64,000 nucleotides of DNA from Octopus bimaculoides (lineage: Eukaryota), in NCBI RefSeq assembly GCF_001194135.2, contig NC_068981.1, forward strand, positions 137,338,230 to 137,402,229, in the 5' to 3' direction. Under the pieces are notes generated by a model. That model was not told where the DNA came from, did no database searches, and was given only the letters and a program-made list of their open reading frames with translations. Below are positions 12,625-25,176 of this stretch, one piece after another (position 1 is the first letter of the stretch; each line of letters begins with the position of its first letter). A program made the translations under genes and the position numbers.

Positions 12625-12775
12625 CGGTGAAGGTGAGTGGCCTAACAGCTAGGGATGTTGGTCTCACAATCATAAGGTGTGGGTTCGATTCTAGGATCAG
12701 GCGATATGTTGTGTCTTTGAACAAGGTACGTAATTACACGTTGTTCCAGACTACTTTACTGAAAATGAGTACCAT
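12625..12775 (+). mobile_element. SINE family D fragment
   Basis: tRNA-like head (GGGTTCGATTC), then GTTGTGTCTTTGAACAAG...AAAATGAGTACC. Confidence 0.65.
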
Positions 12776-14369
12776 CAAAATGTTGGTGCAGAGTTTTCAC
12801 TTTCATCCACCTGCCATTTCCTCCATGTTCCGATGGGTTGAGAGCAGGAGGACCGAGATAGTGTCTATGCCCGCTTGTGACGACATCGGCAACTAAGACA
12901 ATTATTGAAAGCGTCGTTCAAATCATCAGGTCATATTTGCTTTCGAGTGACTGCTAAGATATTTCTAAACTCCCTTTAAAAAAAAATCGAAGGTGGCGAA
13001 ATGGCATAGTCGTTAGAAAATCGAACGATGTTTTGAGATATTCGTTCTAATTGCCTTAATTCCAAATATCGCCGAGTAGTAATGGAGTTGAACCTTCATC
13101 CTTCTCCTCTTCTCTGGAAAACATTCGGCTGTGGTTAGATCAGGCGTTGAAAGGAATGAGCTCCGTTAGATTTATAACTGACAGGGCTAGCTGTAATGTC
13201 ATCAGGATGTGCCCCACCTACTCTAACGACACTTTTAGAGAGTTGACAGCTCAAAGAAGGAGGGGGAAAAAAAGGGACCAATTGTATCTTAAATGTAAAA
13301 TGGTGCTGTCGAGTATATGATGTTTCGGAGACCATTAGTTAAAAATCAATTACGTCTATTGGCTGTATACTCAAATTACATCAAGTATTGAAATAATTAA
13401 TATATGAACAAATAAAATAATTGGTATAACTATACAAGACACACACACACATTTGCGTATGCAAGTATGTTTGTGAAATAATGAATTCTCGTGGAAGTGC
13501 AATTCTTCTATTTATATAGAATTTTTGAATGACACTCCTGTTTTATTTTATATATTTACTTATTATTATTTATTTTGTTTTATTTTTTTTATATTAGACT
13601 TATTTTACTGTATCACATTACATATAATTTAATACATGAGACAGACTGTCTGATACTCTTCCGCTATTTCTTATCGTTTTCCACCTAACGTTTACACACA
13701 CACACATCAATGTTTTCGCAAAAAGGAAAAGATCAACTGTATTCTCGTATATAGCAAAGTTCATGGTGGTGGTGGTGGTGGTGGTGAATAAATCAATATT
13801 TAAAAACAGGATGGTGGTGGAATTACGGTGAAGTTGCCCGTGTCGCAATTGTGTGTATATGATATTTAGTTTCTTTTGTCTGTGCTCAATTCCCCTCAGA
13901 GGTGACTTTACCGTTCGTCCTCTGAGGTCGATAAATTATGTACCAGTTAAGTACTCATATCACATCTAGACATGGGCTTGTGGTTAAGACGTTCGCTTTT
14001 CAACCACACGGTCTCGGGTTCTGTCCCACGGCGTTACATGTCCACAAATGTTTTCTATTATAGACTCGTGCCAATTGACGCCTATGTGAGTGAAATTGGT
14101 TGTCGAAACTGTGTTGAAACACGTCATACATACAAACAAACAAACATACATACATAGTACATACATATACACATGTGTATATGTGTTATATATGTGTAAA
14201 TATATGTGTGCATGAATGTATTTGTTTCTCTTGTATTTCTTTAAGTTGATACAGTTAAAAGACCCCCCCCCCCTCAAAAAAAATAAACGTTGTCTGCTTA
14301 AAGCCTAGCGACTCAACAGTACGATGAAAGCCTAATTTTGAAATGAACGCTTGGATTCATAAAATCTAC

Positions 14370-15122
14370 TGAAAGCGTGAAGGCAGTGCCCAGATAGGAT
14401 CGCAATCCAACGAATGGATTGAGTAAAAGTGTAAGCGATCGTATATCCTCCCCAAAGTCTTTATAGCCTCCTCACAAAGGACGATGGACTGGCCGAATAC
14501 GCAGAGCAGCGGGCAAAATGCCTTGCGATGTTTAATTACCACACCCATCCCATCCATACCTTCTCAACCCCATTCTCCTCCCGCAGACACCAAACCCACC
14601 CATTCCCCTCCGACACACATAAAAAAAAAAAAAGACACTGACACACAGGAACCCACAAACTTCCCCTCCCACTGAAAGTTGTTTTGCCTGTATGATGATG
14701 TTTGAAAGTGTAGATATGGAACTGATTAACAAAACAAAGAGATGGAAGAACACAAGGTTTATTAACGTGGAAGGAAAGACAAATATTAAGAGGTAGCATA
14801 CATGTATTTTAGTATCAGAGAAACTGAAGAATGAAACAGAAAAGTATAAAGGTGGGTACAAGTGCTGGAGAGTGAACTATGACATGAAATGGTTGCCGGA
14901 TAATATAGAATATGAAGAACTTATAAAAGAATATAGATTGGATATTTTGGAAGGTACGGAATTTAAAGGAAGTGAAGCTTCTCGGAGGTGGGGCAAGTAG
15001 CTGCATTTTCATTTTTTCATTTGTCATTCACCTTGTATCATACGTTTTATATTTTTTTCCCTTTTTTCTATGTCCCCACATGTATTGTCCTCTTCGTTGG
15101 CCCCTTGAGGGCAATAAAGAAA
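14370..15122 (+). mobile_element. 5'-truncated ORF1-only non-LTR element (relative of 37462-39102)
   Basis: Pro/His-rich linker with ACACACAGGAACCCA, then a ~100-codon frame 14695-15000 (one stop) ending RRWGK*, then a short UTR ending GCCCCTTGAGGGCAATAAAGAAA. No RT sequence. Confidence 0.65.
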
Positions 15123-16094
15123 CATGTTAAATTACCATTCTTTACATTCTGAGTTTGAACCTCACCAAGGTTAATTATGCCTTTGATATTTCTGTTTTTA
15201 TAGTCGGGCAGATGGAGCTCATTAGCCTAGGGGCAACCGATCTAGGGGAAGAAAAATCCTGATTCTAAACCTCCGCTCCCTTACAGCCACCATGGGAAGG
15301 GTTTCAGGAGTAAAACCTGAGGTAAAACAAAAAGTCGGTGCTTCTGAGGCAGTTCGATGTTATCGGCAAACTCGTTCTGGCAACTCTTGCGATGAGTTTG
15401 GTACCAAACTGCCAAATTATAAAGGCAGTACAATTCTATTTCTAAGATGAGAGATTTATATTTTGTACTGTGTGGCAAGAAGCCTGCTTCCCAACCACAT
15501 GGTTTCGGGTTCAGTCCCACTGTGTGGCACCTTGGGCAAGTGTCTTCAACTGTAGCCTCGGCCCGAACAAAGCCTTGTGAATGGATTTGGTAGACGTAAA
15601 CTGAAAGACGCCTGTCGACTGGGTCAATTATAAAAATTGACCCACCGGAATTTTTAACAAATTAAAGTAAGAATTGTTGTCTCACTGTTGTTGCAAAGGC
15701 GAAAGAGGCAGTATGGAAGACTAGGATAAAAGGGATTAAGACGGGTAACTTTATCTCCTGCCACGAGTTAAGATCGTTTTTCACTTTTCACTTGAAAAGG
15801 AAAGTGTGGCTGGAGAAGAGATGCCTGTCGGAGAGAGTGTTCAAAAAAAAAAAAAAAAAAAAAAGATGGAAGCATGTTGCACGAGTGTTGTGCGTGCAAA
15901 GAACCATGTAAATAGGCTATAGAAGAAAAACAAGAGATGAAAGAAGTACCAGCGATAGATCAGGGCTTATGGCTTATGGAGCGTGGCCTGATCATCGCTA
16001 CATTTGTGTCATATTTGTATTGTGTATTTCATTCGATTCTTATATATTTTATATAATTTTGTTTTCATATTTATGTAATATTATAACGTGTTAC

Positions 16095-16155
16095 TGATCC
16101 CAATCAGTTGTTTTGTCCCATTCTTTGTATAGGCCCCTGTGGGTAATAAACAAAT
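16095..16155 (+). mobile_element. Isolated LINE-type 3' tail
   Basis: TTTGTCCCATTCTTTGTATAGGCCCCTGTGGGTAATAAACAAAT joined directly to a family C body (GGTATTTCGTCTGC). Confidence 0.6.
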
Positions 16156-16156
16156 T

Positions 16157-16515
16157 GGTATTTCGTCTGCTCTACGTTCTGAGTTCAAGTTCCGCCGAGG
16201 TCGACTTTGCCTTTCATCCTTTCGGGGTCGATAAATTAAGTACCAGTTGCGCACCGGGGTCGATCTAATCGACTGGCCCCCTCCCGCAAAATTTCGAGCC
16301 TTGTGCCTAGAGTAGAAAAGAATCGTTACTGCGCCGGGAAAAATGCTTAACGGCATTTCGTCCATCATTACATTCTGGGTTCAAATGCTACCGAGGTCGA
16401 TTTTGCCTTTCATCCTTTCGGAGTCGATAAATTAAGTACCAGTGAAATACTGGGGATCGATGAAATAGACTAGTTCCCTCCTTCAAAATTTCAAGCCTTG
16501 TACCTTTATTAGAAA
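16157..16515 (+). mobile_element. Two tandem SINE family C copies
   Basis: Two successive GTTCTGAGTTCAA..GAGGTCGA.TTTGCCTTTCATCCTTTCGG.GTCGATAAATTAAGTACCAGT units. Confidence 0.85.
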
Positions 16516-16544
16516 AGATTGTTATTACTTTGTGGCAATCTGCC

Positions 16545-16800
16545 TATTTCTTTCTTAATTATTGGTTTCCATAATGTATTCATCTCTGTATTTGGTCTGC
16601 CTTGGCGTTTGTTATGTCCTAATACATGCACTGATTCCTAAAGTTTTCTAATTTTCCAGTGTTGCACTCTATCAATTATTTTGAACTTATCCACAGGGAT
16701 CGGTGGTCTCCATTTTCTCTCCACACGTAATCAATTATACCTGACTTTTCAATATTCCCTTGTGCTCGTGCCTTCTGAGTGCTGTTCTTTTGGATCCATC
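16545..16800 (-). mobile_element. Penelope-like element, GIY-YIG C-terminal remnant
   Basis: Frameshifted translation ..KARAQGNIEKSGIIDYVWRENGDHRSLW/KFKIIDRVQHWKIRKL*ESVHVLG..RPNTEMNTLWKPII fits the PLE endonuclease C-terminal pattern (recalled pattern, no search). Confidence 0.7.
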
Positions 16801-17150
16801 AGTTACATGGAGAGTGGGGGACACGCTGAATAGGGAACAACTTGTTCTCCATACCTAACAATATAGGCTTGGATCCTATCGAATACACTATACTGGAGAG
16901 ACAGAACCGGATAGTACATCAGGAAGGACGCTCCGGTCTCGCCTACGGCGTTGACACAACACAGGGAGCCACAGTTACCGGTTATAAGTCGTAGCTACAA
17001 CTCAAAGAGCACCGAAACAGTACACAAGCGCAGCTTATGTGGCAGGGACTGTCACTCGTTCATTGGATTGTTCAGTCGCAGGCAACTTTGTTCCAGTAGG
17101 GCCAACAAATAGGAAATTCATCCATGGTCAATATCGACAGACAAACAGAT
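16800..17150 (+). mobile_element. RTE-clade LINE 3' end
   Basis: STETVHKRSLCGRDCHSFIGLFSRRQLCSSRANK* (17008-17112) matches the RTE C-terminal C2H2 motif CxxCGRDCHSRIGLxSHxRRC; QLHGEW-GTR upstream fits LLYGEL..G.R. Confidence 0.8.
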
Positions 17151-17485
17151 ATTTCCAACGTCAACAAAATAGAGTAGCAGTGAAGAACTGGTGTCGCTCT
17201 TCATCTACATTTGTTTGATTTGATAATGAGCTGAATAATTTCACTTACAACAGAAATAAAACTAGCGCCATCTTAAGGCTTGGATGCAATGGGTAGTTGT
17301 CAGAACCGGATTAAGACCCACAGAGGCCCTAAGCACTAAAAAGATTTTGGTGTCCCCATATATATGTAATTCAAAATATAAGCAACAACAAACCATAGAA
17401 AAAATTTTTATTTTTCAAAATGAAACAAAACTAACAGTAAGATGGAAAATAATGTTTATTTTTGTATACTTCCATTTCATTTATA

Positions 17486-17871
17486 GTGGAGGCGCAATGG
17501 CCCAGTGGTTAGGGCAGCGGACTCGCAGTCATAGGATCGCAGTTTCGATTCCCAGACCGAGCGTTGTGAGTATTTATTGAGCGAAAGCACCTGAAGCTCC
17601 ACGAAGCTCCGGCAGGGGATGGTGGCGAACCCTGCTGTACTCTTTAACCACAACTTTCTCTCACGCTTACTTCCTGTTTCTGTTGTGCCTGTAATTCAAA
17701 GGGTCAGCCTTGTCACACTGAGTCACGCTGAATATCCCCGAGAACTACGTTAAGGGTACACGTGTCTGTGGAGTGCTCAGCCACTTGCACATTAATTTCA
17801 CGAGCAGGCTGTTCCGTTGATCGGATCAACTGGAACCTACGACGTCGTAAGCGACGGAGTGCCAACCACCA
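17486..17871 (+). mobile_element. SINE family A, full length with 14-bp TSD
   Basis: TSD CCATTTCATTTATA at 17472-17485 and 17872-17885; tRNA-like head; (CCA)-type short tail. Confidence 0.95.
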
Positions 17872-18641
17872 CCATTTCATTTATACTTGAAAAGTTTTCT
17901 CCTACTTCTTTTAATAGCAGTCTTTGATCAGATCCTCACTGTGACACCATGAACACTTCGAAATTATATTGCTGATCACTACGAATATTATTTTAGCAAG
18001 TCTGAATTAATTTTTTAGCAAGTCTGAAGTGATTTGCCATTTTTGTGGTGCCCCCGCTTTCCTTGAGGCCGTAAGCATGTACTTATTTTGCTTTAATCTA
18101 GCGTTGATAGTTGCTTGGAGGATAAGGGAGTGACTGATCGAGGAATCCAATGCTAATCTATATACGTGTGTTGTGGCTTTCTGTAAGCAAATAAACACTA
18201 CAGACTCCAATACATTAACGTGAACCTTTTAACCGTTGATACTCTCAATTATGTAATTCGTTTTTTTTTTTAAATAATAATCTCAAAAATCAGGATTTCA
18301 GGTAATGAAACCATTTAATATTGGAGATTCAGTATGAAAAAGTGAACACTGAAAATGTTTAAGAATTTTCATAACATGCAAAATATAACTTTTTACTTTT
18401 TTGCTGTTATAATCTAAATTCCATCGATTAAACCTTGTTTCATTACAGAAAGCTCTCTCATTATAAGAAAACTTAAAGAAGAGAAAAAATTTTCGCATTT
18501 TCCTGTTTTGTTTAAACATGTTATTTTTTGCCGTGGCAATATGTAACCTTTTGTTATATTTCTATTGAAATACACTGCCTTTGTTTGAATTAATTTTGAT
18601 AATAATAAAGGATTTAGTACAATAGCATTGTCATTATTAAG

Positions 18642-19485
18642 GTGGTCAAAATGGCAGAAATGTTAGCGCGCTGTACAAAAGCGCTTGGCGGCATTTCGTC
18701 CTTTATGTTCTGAGTTCAAATTCTACCGAGGTCAACTCTGCCTTTCATTACTTCCAGATCGATAAGTACCAGCTGGACACTGGGGTCAATGTAATCGACT
18801 TAATCCCTTTCCCGAAGCTGCTGGCCTTATGCCAAAATTTGAAACCATTATTAAGCTGGCGAAAGGTGGCAGCTGGCAGAAACGTTAGTATGCTGGGCGA
18901 AATGCTTAGAGGCAGTTCGTCGGTCTGTACGTTCTGAGTTCAAATTCCACCAAGGTACTTTACCTTTCATCCGTTTGGGGTCGATAAAATAAGTATCAGT
19001 TGTGCATTGGGGTTGATGTAATCGACTTACCCACTCCCGCAGAATTGCTGGCCTTGTGCCAAAAGTTGAGACCAATAGTAAGCTGATGAAAAGAGACAAG
19101 CTGGCAGAAACTTTGGCACGCCGGGCGAAATGCTTAGCCATATTTCATCTGCCGTTACGTTCTGAGTTCAATTTCCGCCGAGATCGACTTTGCCTTTCAT
19201 CCTTTCTGGGTCGATAAATTAAGTACCAGTTACGCACTGGGTCGATGTAATCGACTTAATCCCTTTGTCTGTCCTTGTTTGTCTCCTCTATGTTTAGCCC
19301 CTTGTGGGCAATAAAGCACTAAGAAACTTTGGCACGCCGTACAACAGTGCTTACTGAGCACCTCGTCCGTCTTTACGTTCTGAGTTCAAATTCCGCCGAG
19401 GTCGATTTTGCCATTCATTCTTTCGGGGTCGATAAACTAAGTACCCCTCCTCTCAAAATTGTTGACCCTGTTCCAAAATTAGAAT
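18642..19485 (+). mobile_element. Cluster of four same-strand SINE family C copies (one nested)
   Basis: Units at about 18642, 18853, 19090 and 19322; nested young copy 19124-19321 flanked by AGAAACTTTGGCACGCCG. Confidence 0.9.
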
Positions 19486-19924
19486 TATGAAGTTGGTGTT
19501 TGGAATATAAATCAACATGAAATTTTAATTCAGATCACAGGAAACGTGTATCACAGGACTAGATTCGGGTTCAGATGGCTTGATATCAAAAAGAGTTGAA
19601 ATCAAACTGTAACATCTTATGTAAATTTAACTTCATGCGCTGTTTTGCTTGATTGACAGAGCCATTAGAACGCTGGACAAAATACTTAGCAGTAGTTAGT
19701 CACGGTTTTTCACGTTCTGGACGAGAGAAGTTGGAATTGGATTAATTTCTTGTCGATCCCAGTTAGTGACATAATTTGGAATCAGACTGGAATAATTCCC
19801 CTTCTCCCACACTGTAAATTCTTTCGAAGTATTGCCCGATTATCAGATTACACATTTCCTAATTACTTCATACCTCTTTGCTAGGGATGATTTAAAGTGG
19901 TACCAACAACATCAATATAAACTG

Positions 19925-20275
19925 AAGTGTACGTGGTTAGGAACCTCACTTTGCAACCACGTGGTTTCGGGTTCAGTTCCACAGCGCAGTAATTTGGGAA
20001 AGTGTCTTTTTTTATAACTAGACCGACCAGTTGCTTTGTAAAAGAATTTGATAGACGGAAATTGTAAAGGTTCGTGTATAATGTGTGTGTGTAACCCCCA
20101 CCACTTGATAGCCGGTGTCTGGTTTACATCTCCGTAACCAAGCCGTTCGGCTAAAGTGATCGATAGAATAAGTACCAGACTTTAAAAATAAGAATAAGTT
20201 CTGGTTCGATTTGTTCGACTAAATTCGTCAGTGCCCCAGCTTGGCCTCATTCTAATCACTGAAACAAGATAAAAT
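19925..20275 (+). mobile_element. SINE family B, diverged
   Basis: Head GTGGTTTCGGGTTCAGTTCC, core, TG repeat and 3' module are recognisable. Confidence 0.75.
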
Positions 20276-21725
20276 AAACTATATAAATAACCGAAAATTC
20301 TTCTGGAATTTGAAACTGTAGTGTGGTCCTCAGATGTCACTAGTACTCATTCTCAGCTGAGAGTACGAGAGCAACATGAAATAATGCCTCGTCGAAGGAC
20401 ACAACTCACCCATCCGGTGCGAAAATTGAACCTATGACGTCATGGTCGTCTGCTCAATACTTCTAATCTCAAAACTACGCGTGTTCACAGTTTTAACGAA
20501 ATATCTTTAAAACACTTTGTGACAGAATTAGAAAAGCATCACTCAACATACGTACTACTATTTTGTTACGTTTTGAGTTCAATGTCAGTTTTGCCTGTCG
20601 TTTTTCTGGAGGTCGAAAAAATGCTGTTCAAATATTAGGATCGATATAGTCGATTATTCATTTAAAGGCGGTACTCCAGCATGACAGGAATCCAATGAAC
20701 GAAACCCAACCCGTAAAAGAATATCTAAAATCTAATCACATTTTTCTTAATAATAACATTAAAAAAATCCTTCTATATATTTGTAAGGCATTGCCGTTAC
20801 TCATGCTGAGTCTTAGCCATATGAGTAATATGGGAACAGAGGACTTTATGGGGGAGGGATGAAAGGGAAAAAATAAACAGACAAAACAAAACAAAAAACA
20901 TTTTGCCAATCTGGTGGAAAATGCAGAAAAATGATATGAATATCCATCCATTCATAATAACTTGAGCACAAAGAAAACATATTTACCAAGTTGTATCTAC
21001 AACGAATATTGTTAAAATTCAAAGCAAATTAGCCCTTTTATCGTAATGCAATAAAATACCATGTTTCTCTATTCCTATTTACCATTTTCTATTAATATAT
21101 ATCTCAAATGCAACGGCAACTTTATTACCAATTCCGTAGTTGATATTAACTGGTGATGGAAAAGAGAGGGTTATATAGAGGTTAGTCAGTAAAAATGTTA
21201 GCGCACCAAAGTTGTTGCGCTACATTATTTACTTTCAATATTATAGGAAGTGAGTTCAAATCCAGTCGGTATCGACTTAATTTCTTCATATTGTTTAGTA
21301 ACAGGTCAGCTGTAATCCAGCAGATATGATCAAAGGCGTTCTTGCCGTAACCATCCATCCGTTTTTTAACATTTGCATTTATATTATCTAACAACAATAT
21401 TTCTTTCCTTTTTTTAGTACAACAGGTTGTAATTTGAGGGAGATTTGCTTGCTATTTCTTGCAGGTAGAACAACCACATACAGACACTAAGCTATCGCAT
21501 GGGTCGATGAAATTAATTCCAGTGATGCACTTGGATTGATAAAATCGATTACGTTTTTTTCCCACGAGGAAATTGATATTAGGCCAATTCAAAGAAATCG
21601 ATATTAACTGAAATATATTGTTATTTAGTATTATTAACATCATTATGGCCCAAAATGGCAGAATCGCAGGAATCGGCAAAGCGTCGAACGAAACGATTTA
21701 CTGTATTTATTTATTCTGTCAAGAC

Positions 21726-21764
21726 ATCGGTCACAGCCTTTTGGCCAAGATCAAAGTGTAATAT
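21726..21764 (+). pseudogene. U2 snRNA 5' fragment
   Basis: GCCTTTTGGCCAAGATCAAAGTGTAATAT (21736-21764) matches invertebrate-type U2 GCCUUUUGGCUAAGAUCAAAGUGUAGUAU at 27/29, and ATCG lies at the expected 5' start. Confidence 0.75.
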
Positions 21765-21914
21765 TTTAGTACATTTTACTTTTTGAGTTCAGAATCTCAC
21801 CGATGCCTTTCAATATGACGGGTTTGAGATTCATAAAATGAATAATAACCAAATAGTAGAGTTGATATCATCATATATCATTTTCTTTCTCGATCCTCTA
21901 AGGTTTCCATGGAA

Positions 21915-22125
21915 TACAGCAATCCCTCGACTATCGCGGGTATTAGGTTCCCCGCCCCGCGATAGGTGAAAATCCGCGAAGTAGAAACAGTACTGTACTG
22001 TATATATTTCTTTTATTATTTTTATAATTTGTGTATATAAAGGCAACACAACACCACAGAAGAATCGACGTAAGATTAAATAATAAACCGCGATAGGTGA
22101 ACCGCAATATGTGGCATAAGTGCCT
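21915..22125 (+). mobile_element. Tc1/mariner (Tigger-like) MITE
   Basis: Left end TA|CAGCAATCCCTCGACTATCGCGG; CCGCGATAGGTGAA repeated near both ends; right TIR degenerate. Confidence 0.6.
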
Positions 22126-22761
22126 GAGATCGTAACACTCCCATTGGACGGGACACTGGTCTGTTGCAGGGTTCAAGGCCAGTAATCTTGAAGGGAGAAG
22201 CATGTGTTACAAAGAACTCTGTACTTGACTGGTATTTCATTTTATCAACTCCGATAGGATGAAAAGCAAAGTTGACCACGGCAGGATGCGAAATCAGAAC
22301 GTAAAAAGCCGGAAGAAATGTCGCTAAGCATTTTGACCCTGTGTTAATGATTCCGTTCGTCTCTTTATTATCAGGTATACCTTTCCTAAAAGTTTATGCC
22401 CTTGTGTCAATGTCAGAAATCCTTATTCTTAATGTTACGAGGGCTATGGTTAGCAGAATCGGTAGAGCATCTAACAAAGTAACTTATTTAGTCCTGTTTA
22501 TCGTTTCGGAGTCAATAAAAAAAAAACAGTACCAGTCAGGGGTGGTTTTTCTAAGTCTGTGCTTTGAGTTCAAATTCAGCCATGTCCAATTCGGGTGGTA
22601 TACCTGAAACAATAAAAAAGATACCCAGTTTAACAAACCTGGCGGCTTGAATGCTTTTAGCAGAATCTACACCTTTGCAAGCATTAGCACCAGCTCTTCG
22701 GCATGAGGATAAATACCTCCATTTTCCCCACCACCAGTCTCCAAGGTCTTGTAAAAGATAA

Positions 22762-24490
22762 CACTGATCAACAAAATTAAATGTATTATATTCATTATGA
22801 ATACAAACCAACCGTTTTAGACTAATTTTTCATGCTGATTTCAAATTTTCACTCCATTTGTATGCAGCACGTATCAGTCTTTCAGCAGATAATGCAAATA
22901 TTTACATATTTATAATAAGTAAGGACATATTATTTTTAGAAAGTAAATGAGTTTATTGTGCTAAAGATGATCACTATCATTCTACAAAGAGTGAATACAT
23001 AAACAATGGGTCAGACAAAACAAAGTTAGAACAATAAAGTTAGAAAGATTGTGATTTGGATTTTCTGCGGTGTTCCTGATCTGGTTGATCATGGTAAAGT
23101 GTCCAGCAGTAGTCAGCCAGCATACTGTCATTCCAGAAGCCCTGGTGCCGTTTCTCCGTAGCACTAATGTCATAGTGAAATCTTTCCCCATATTCACCAG
23201 ACACTGCTGCAATGATATCTGCGAAGAAATCCAGATGGAAGTCCAGGAAGTGAACTTTCAGTGACATGCGACAACCCATTGCTGAGTAATATTTCAGAAG
23301 ATTCTTGATGCCATCCTTGCAGTCCATTGCCTTCTTGTTGCCCAAGAAATTCTCTCAGATCCAATTGAAAGCATTCCGGACAAACAGTTCCAGTTCATCC
23401 AGTGTTGTCTTGAAGTTTACATTCTTGAGTACTTCTCTAATTTGAGGTCTGACAAAGATACCCTCTTTCAACTTCGCCTGTGTGATTTGGGGAAGCTTTT
23501 CTACAATATACTCAGACTCTCTGGCATTTCTCTTCCCTAGCATTTTTACAAACTGCTTCATCAGTCCAAGCTTCATGTGCAAAAGAGACAATAGGACATT
23601 ACATGGATCTACAAGAGGTGTATTCTTGACGCTAGATAGTCTTGGCTGGTATGATTTTGTTGTCTGCCAGTTTGATTGCAAATAATGTCTGTCAGTTGCC
23701 CGACTATCCCATAGGCACAAGAAACAACAGTATTTTGTGAAACCTCACTGCATTCCCATTAACATTCTAATGACTTTTAAATCTCCACTTATTTTCTATG
23801 AGTATCTTTCATAGGCAATGGCATGAAGTAACAGTTCCATATCCTCATATGATTCATGGAGATGAACTAACTGTGCAATAGGAATGGAGGGCTTCAAATT
23901 ACCATGTGGCACCCATAACTTGTCCTGATCTCCAAGAGGACAGTCAAAGTATAGCTTATAAATAAATCTTCTTGATCACTGGCGTTATTGTACGTTTTTG
24001 AGCTTCCACAATAAATTGTCCACAGACATAACAAAACACATCAGGACGATTTCTACACTGTCTTGACATTTTTAACACTGTAAAACAAGTAAAAAAATAG
24101 ATACAAACGGTTATATTTATATTGAATTTGAGATGATGAAATATTTCATCACACCAATTATGACTGGACAATTTGAAATGTTGAAATACCTATTTCATCA
24201 GAAAAAACTTGATTGGTTAATTTAAGATGATGAAATATTGCATCTGAACTATGCAGCAATGAATAATGTAGTTTATTTTAAAGATATGTTTCCATGATAT
24301 AAATGAAATACATGCATACACGTCATTAAATGGAATTTCTATGTAATGCATGAGCTAAAACCAAAAACCTTTCTCATCTTGAAAACTGTACGTGATGTCA
24401 AAAATCTAATTGTATATTTGAAATCAGCATTAAAAACTGTTCTGAGCACACCTGGACATACGCTTGGTAAAAAATACTTGTTGATCAATG
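22762..24490 (-). mobile_element. Chapaev3-type (CMC superfamily) DNA transposon, internally deleted
   Basis: TIRs CACTGATCAACAA (22762-22774) and TTGTTGATCAATG (24478-24490); TAA on both flanks (3-bp TWA TSD); transposase motifs as in the next entry. Confidence 0.9.
23040..24069 (-). pseudogene. Chapaev3 transposase remnant
   Basis: MSRQCRNRPDVFCYVCGQF..; deletion after WVPH; GDLKVI..GFTKYCCFLCLWDSRA; HMKLGLMKQFVK; KEGIFVRPQIR; MSLKVHFLDFHLDFF..VSGEYGERFHYDI..LADYCW. Stops and frameshifts present. Confidence 0.85.
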
Positions 24491-24846
24491 TAATGAAAAA
24501 TGCTTTCCTTTCTGACTAAAATAGTTAAAAATCAAATCATTCGATCCTTAGCTGGCTTCCACTTTTTATCGTTCGGGTGTCGATGAAAATCAATGCAAGT
24601 CAAGTTAAATATTGGATTCAAATTTTGGTACAAGGCCAGCAGTTTCAGGTGCAGTGATAAGTTGGTTGCATCAACCCCAGTGCTCAACTGGTACTTATTT
24701 TATCGATACCGAAAGGATGAAAGACATAGTCAACCTCGGTGCAGTTTGAACTCAGAATGTAAAATTTATGGTATATTTCCTATCATTCATGGTGGCAAAA
24801 GTGCACTTTCATAATTATCCATTATATGAGGGGTAACATTCAGGTA

Positions 24847-24882
<36 letters not shown>

Positions 24883-24889
24883 ATCTATT

Positions 24890-25084
24890 ATCTTTTAATT
24901 GATTCAAGCATTAGACAATGGCCATGCTGGAGCACTGCCTTGAAGTAGTCGAATGAATTGACCCCAGTACTTTTTTTAGAGTCTGGTACTTATTCTATCA
25001 GTTTATTTTGCCGAACCGCTAAGTTACGGGGACGTAAACACACCACCAGCGGTTGTCAAGCAGTGGGGGTGAGAGGGTAAACAC

Positions 25085-25176
<92 letters not shown>

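Noticed and set aside
17486-17560. tRNA-like sequence with A and B boxes
   Set aside because: No complete acceptor stem, and it continues into a repeated body with a TSD; it is a SINE head, not a tRNA gene. The same applies to the other SINE heads.
18642-19485. Repeat-spacer-like periodicity suggesting CRISPR
   Set aside because: Units are ~200-bp diverged SINEs, with no short identical repeats, unique spacers or cas genes, in eukaryotic DNA.
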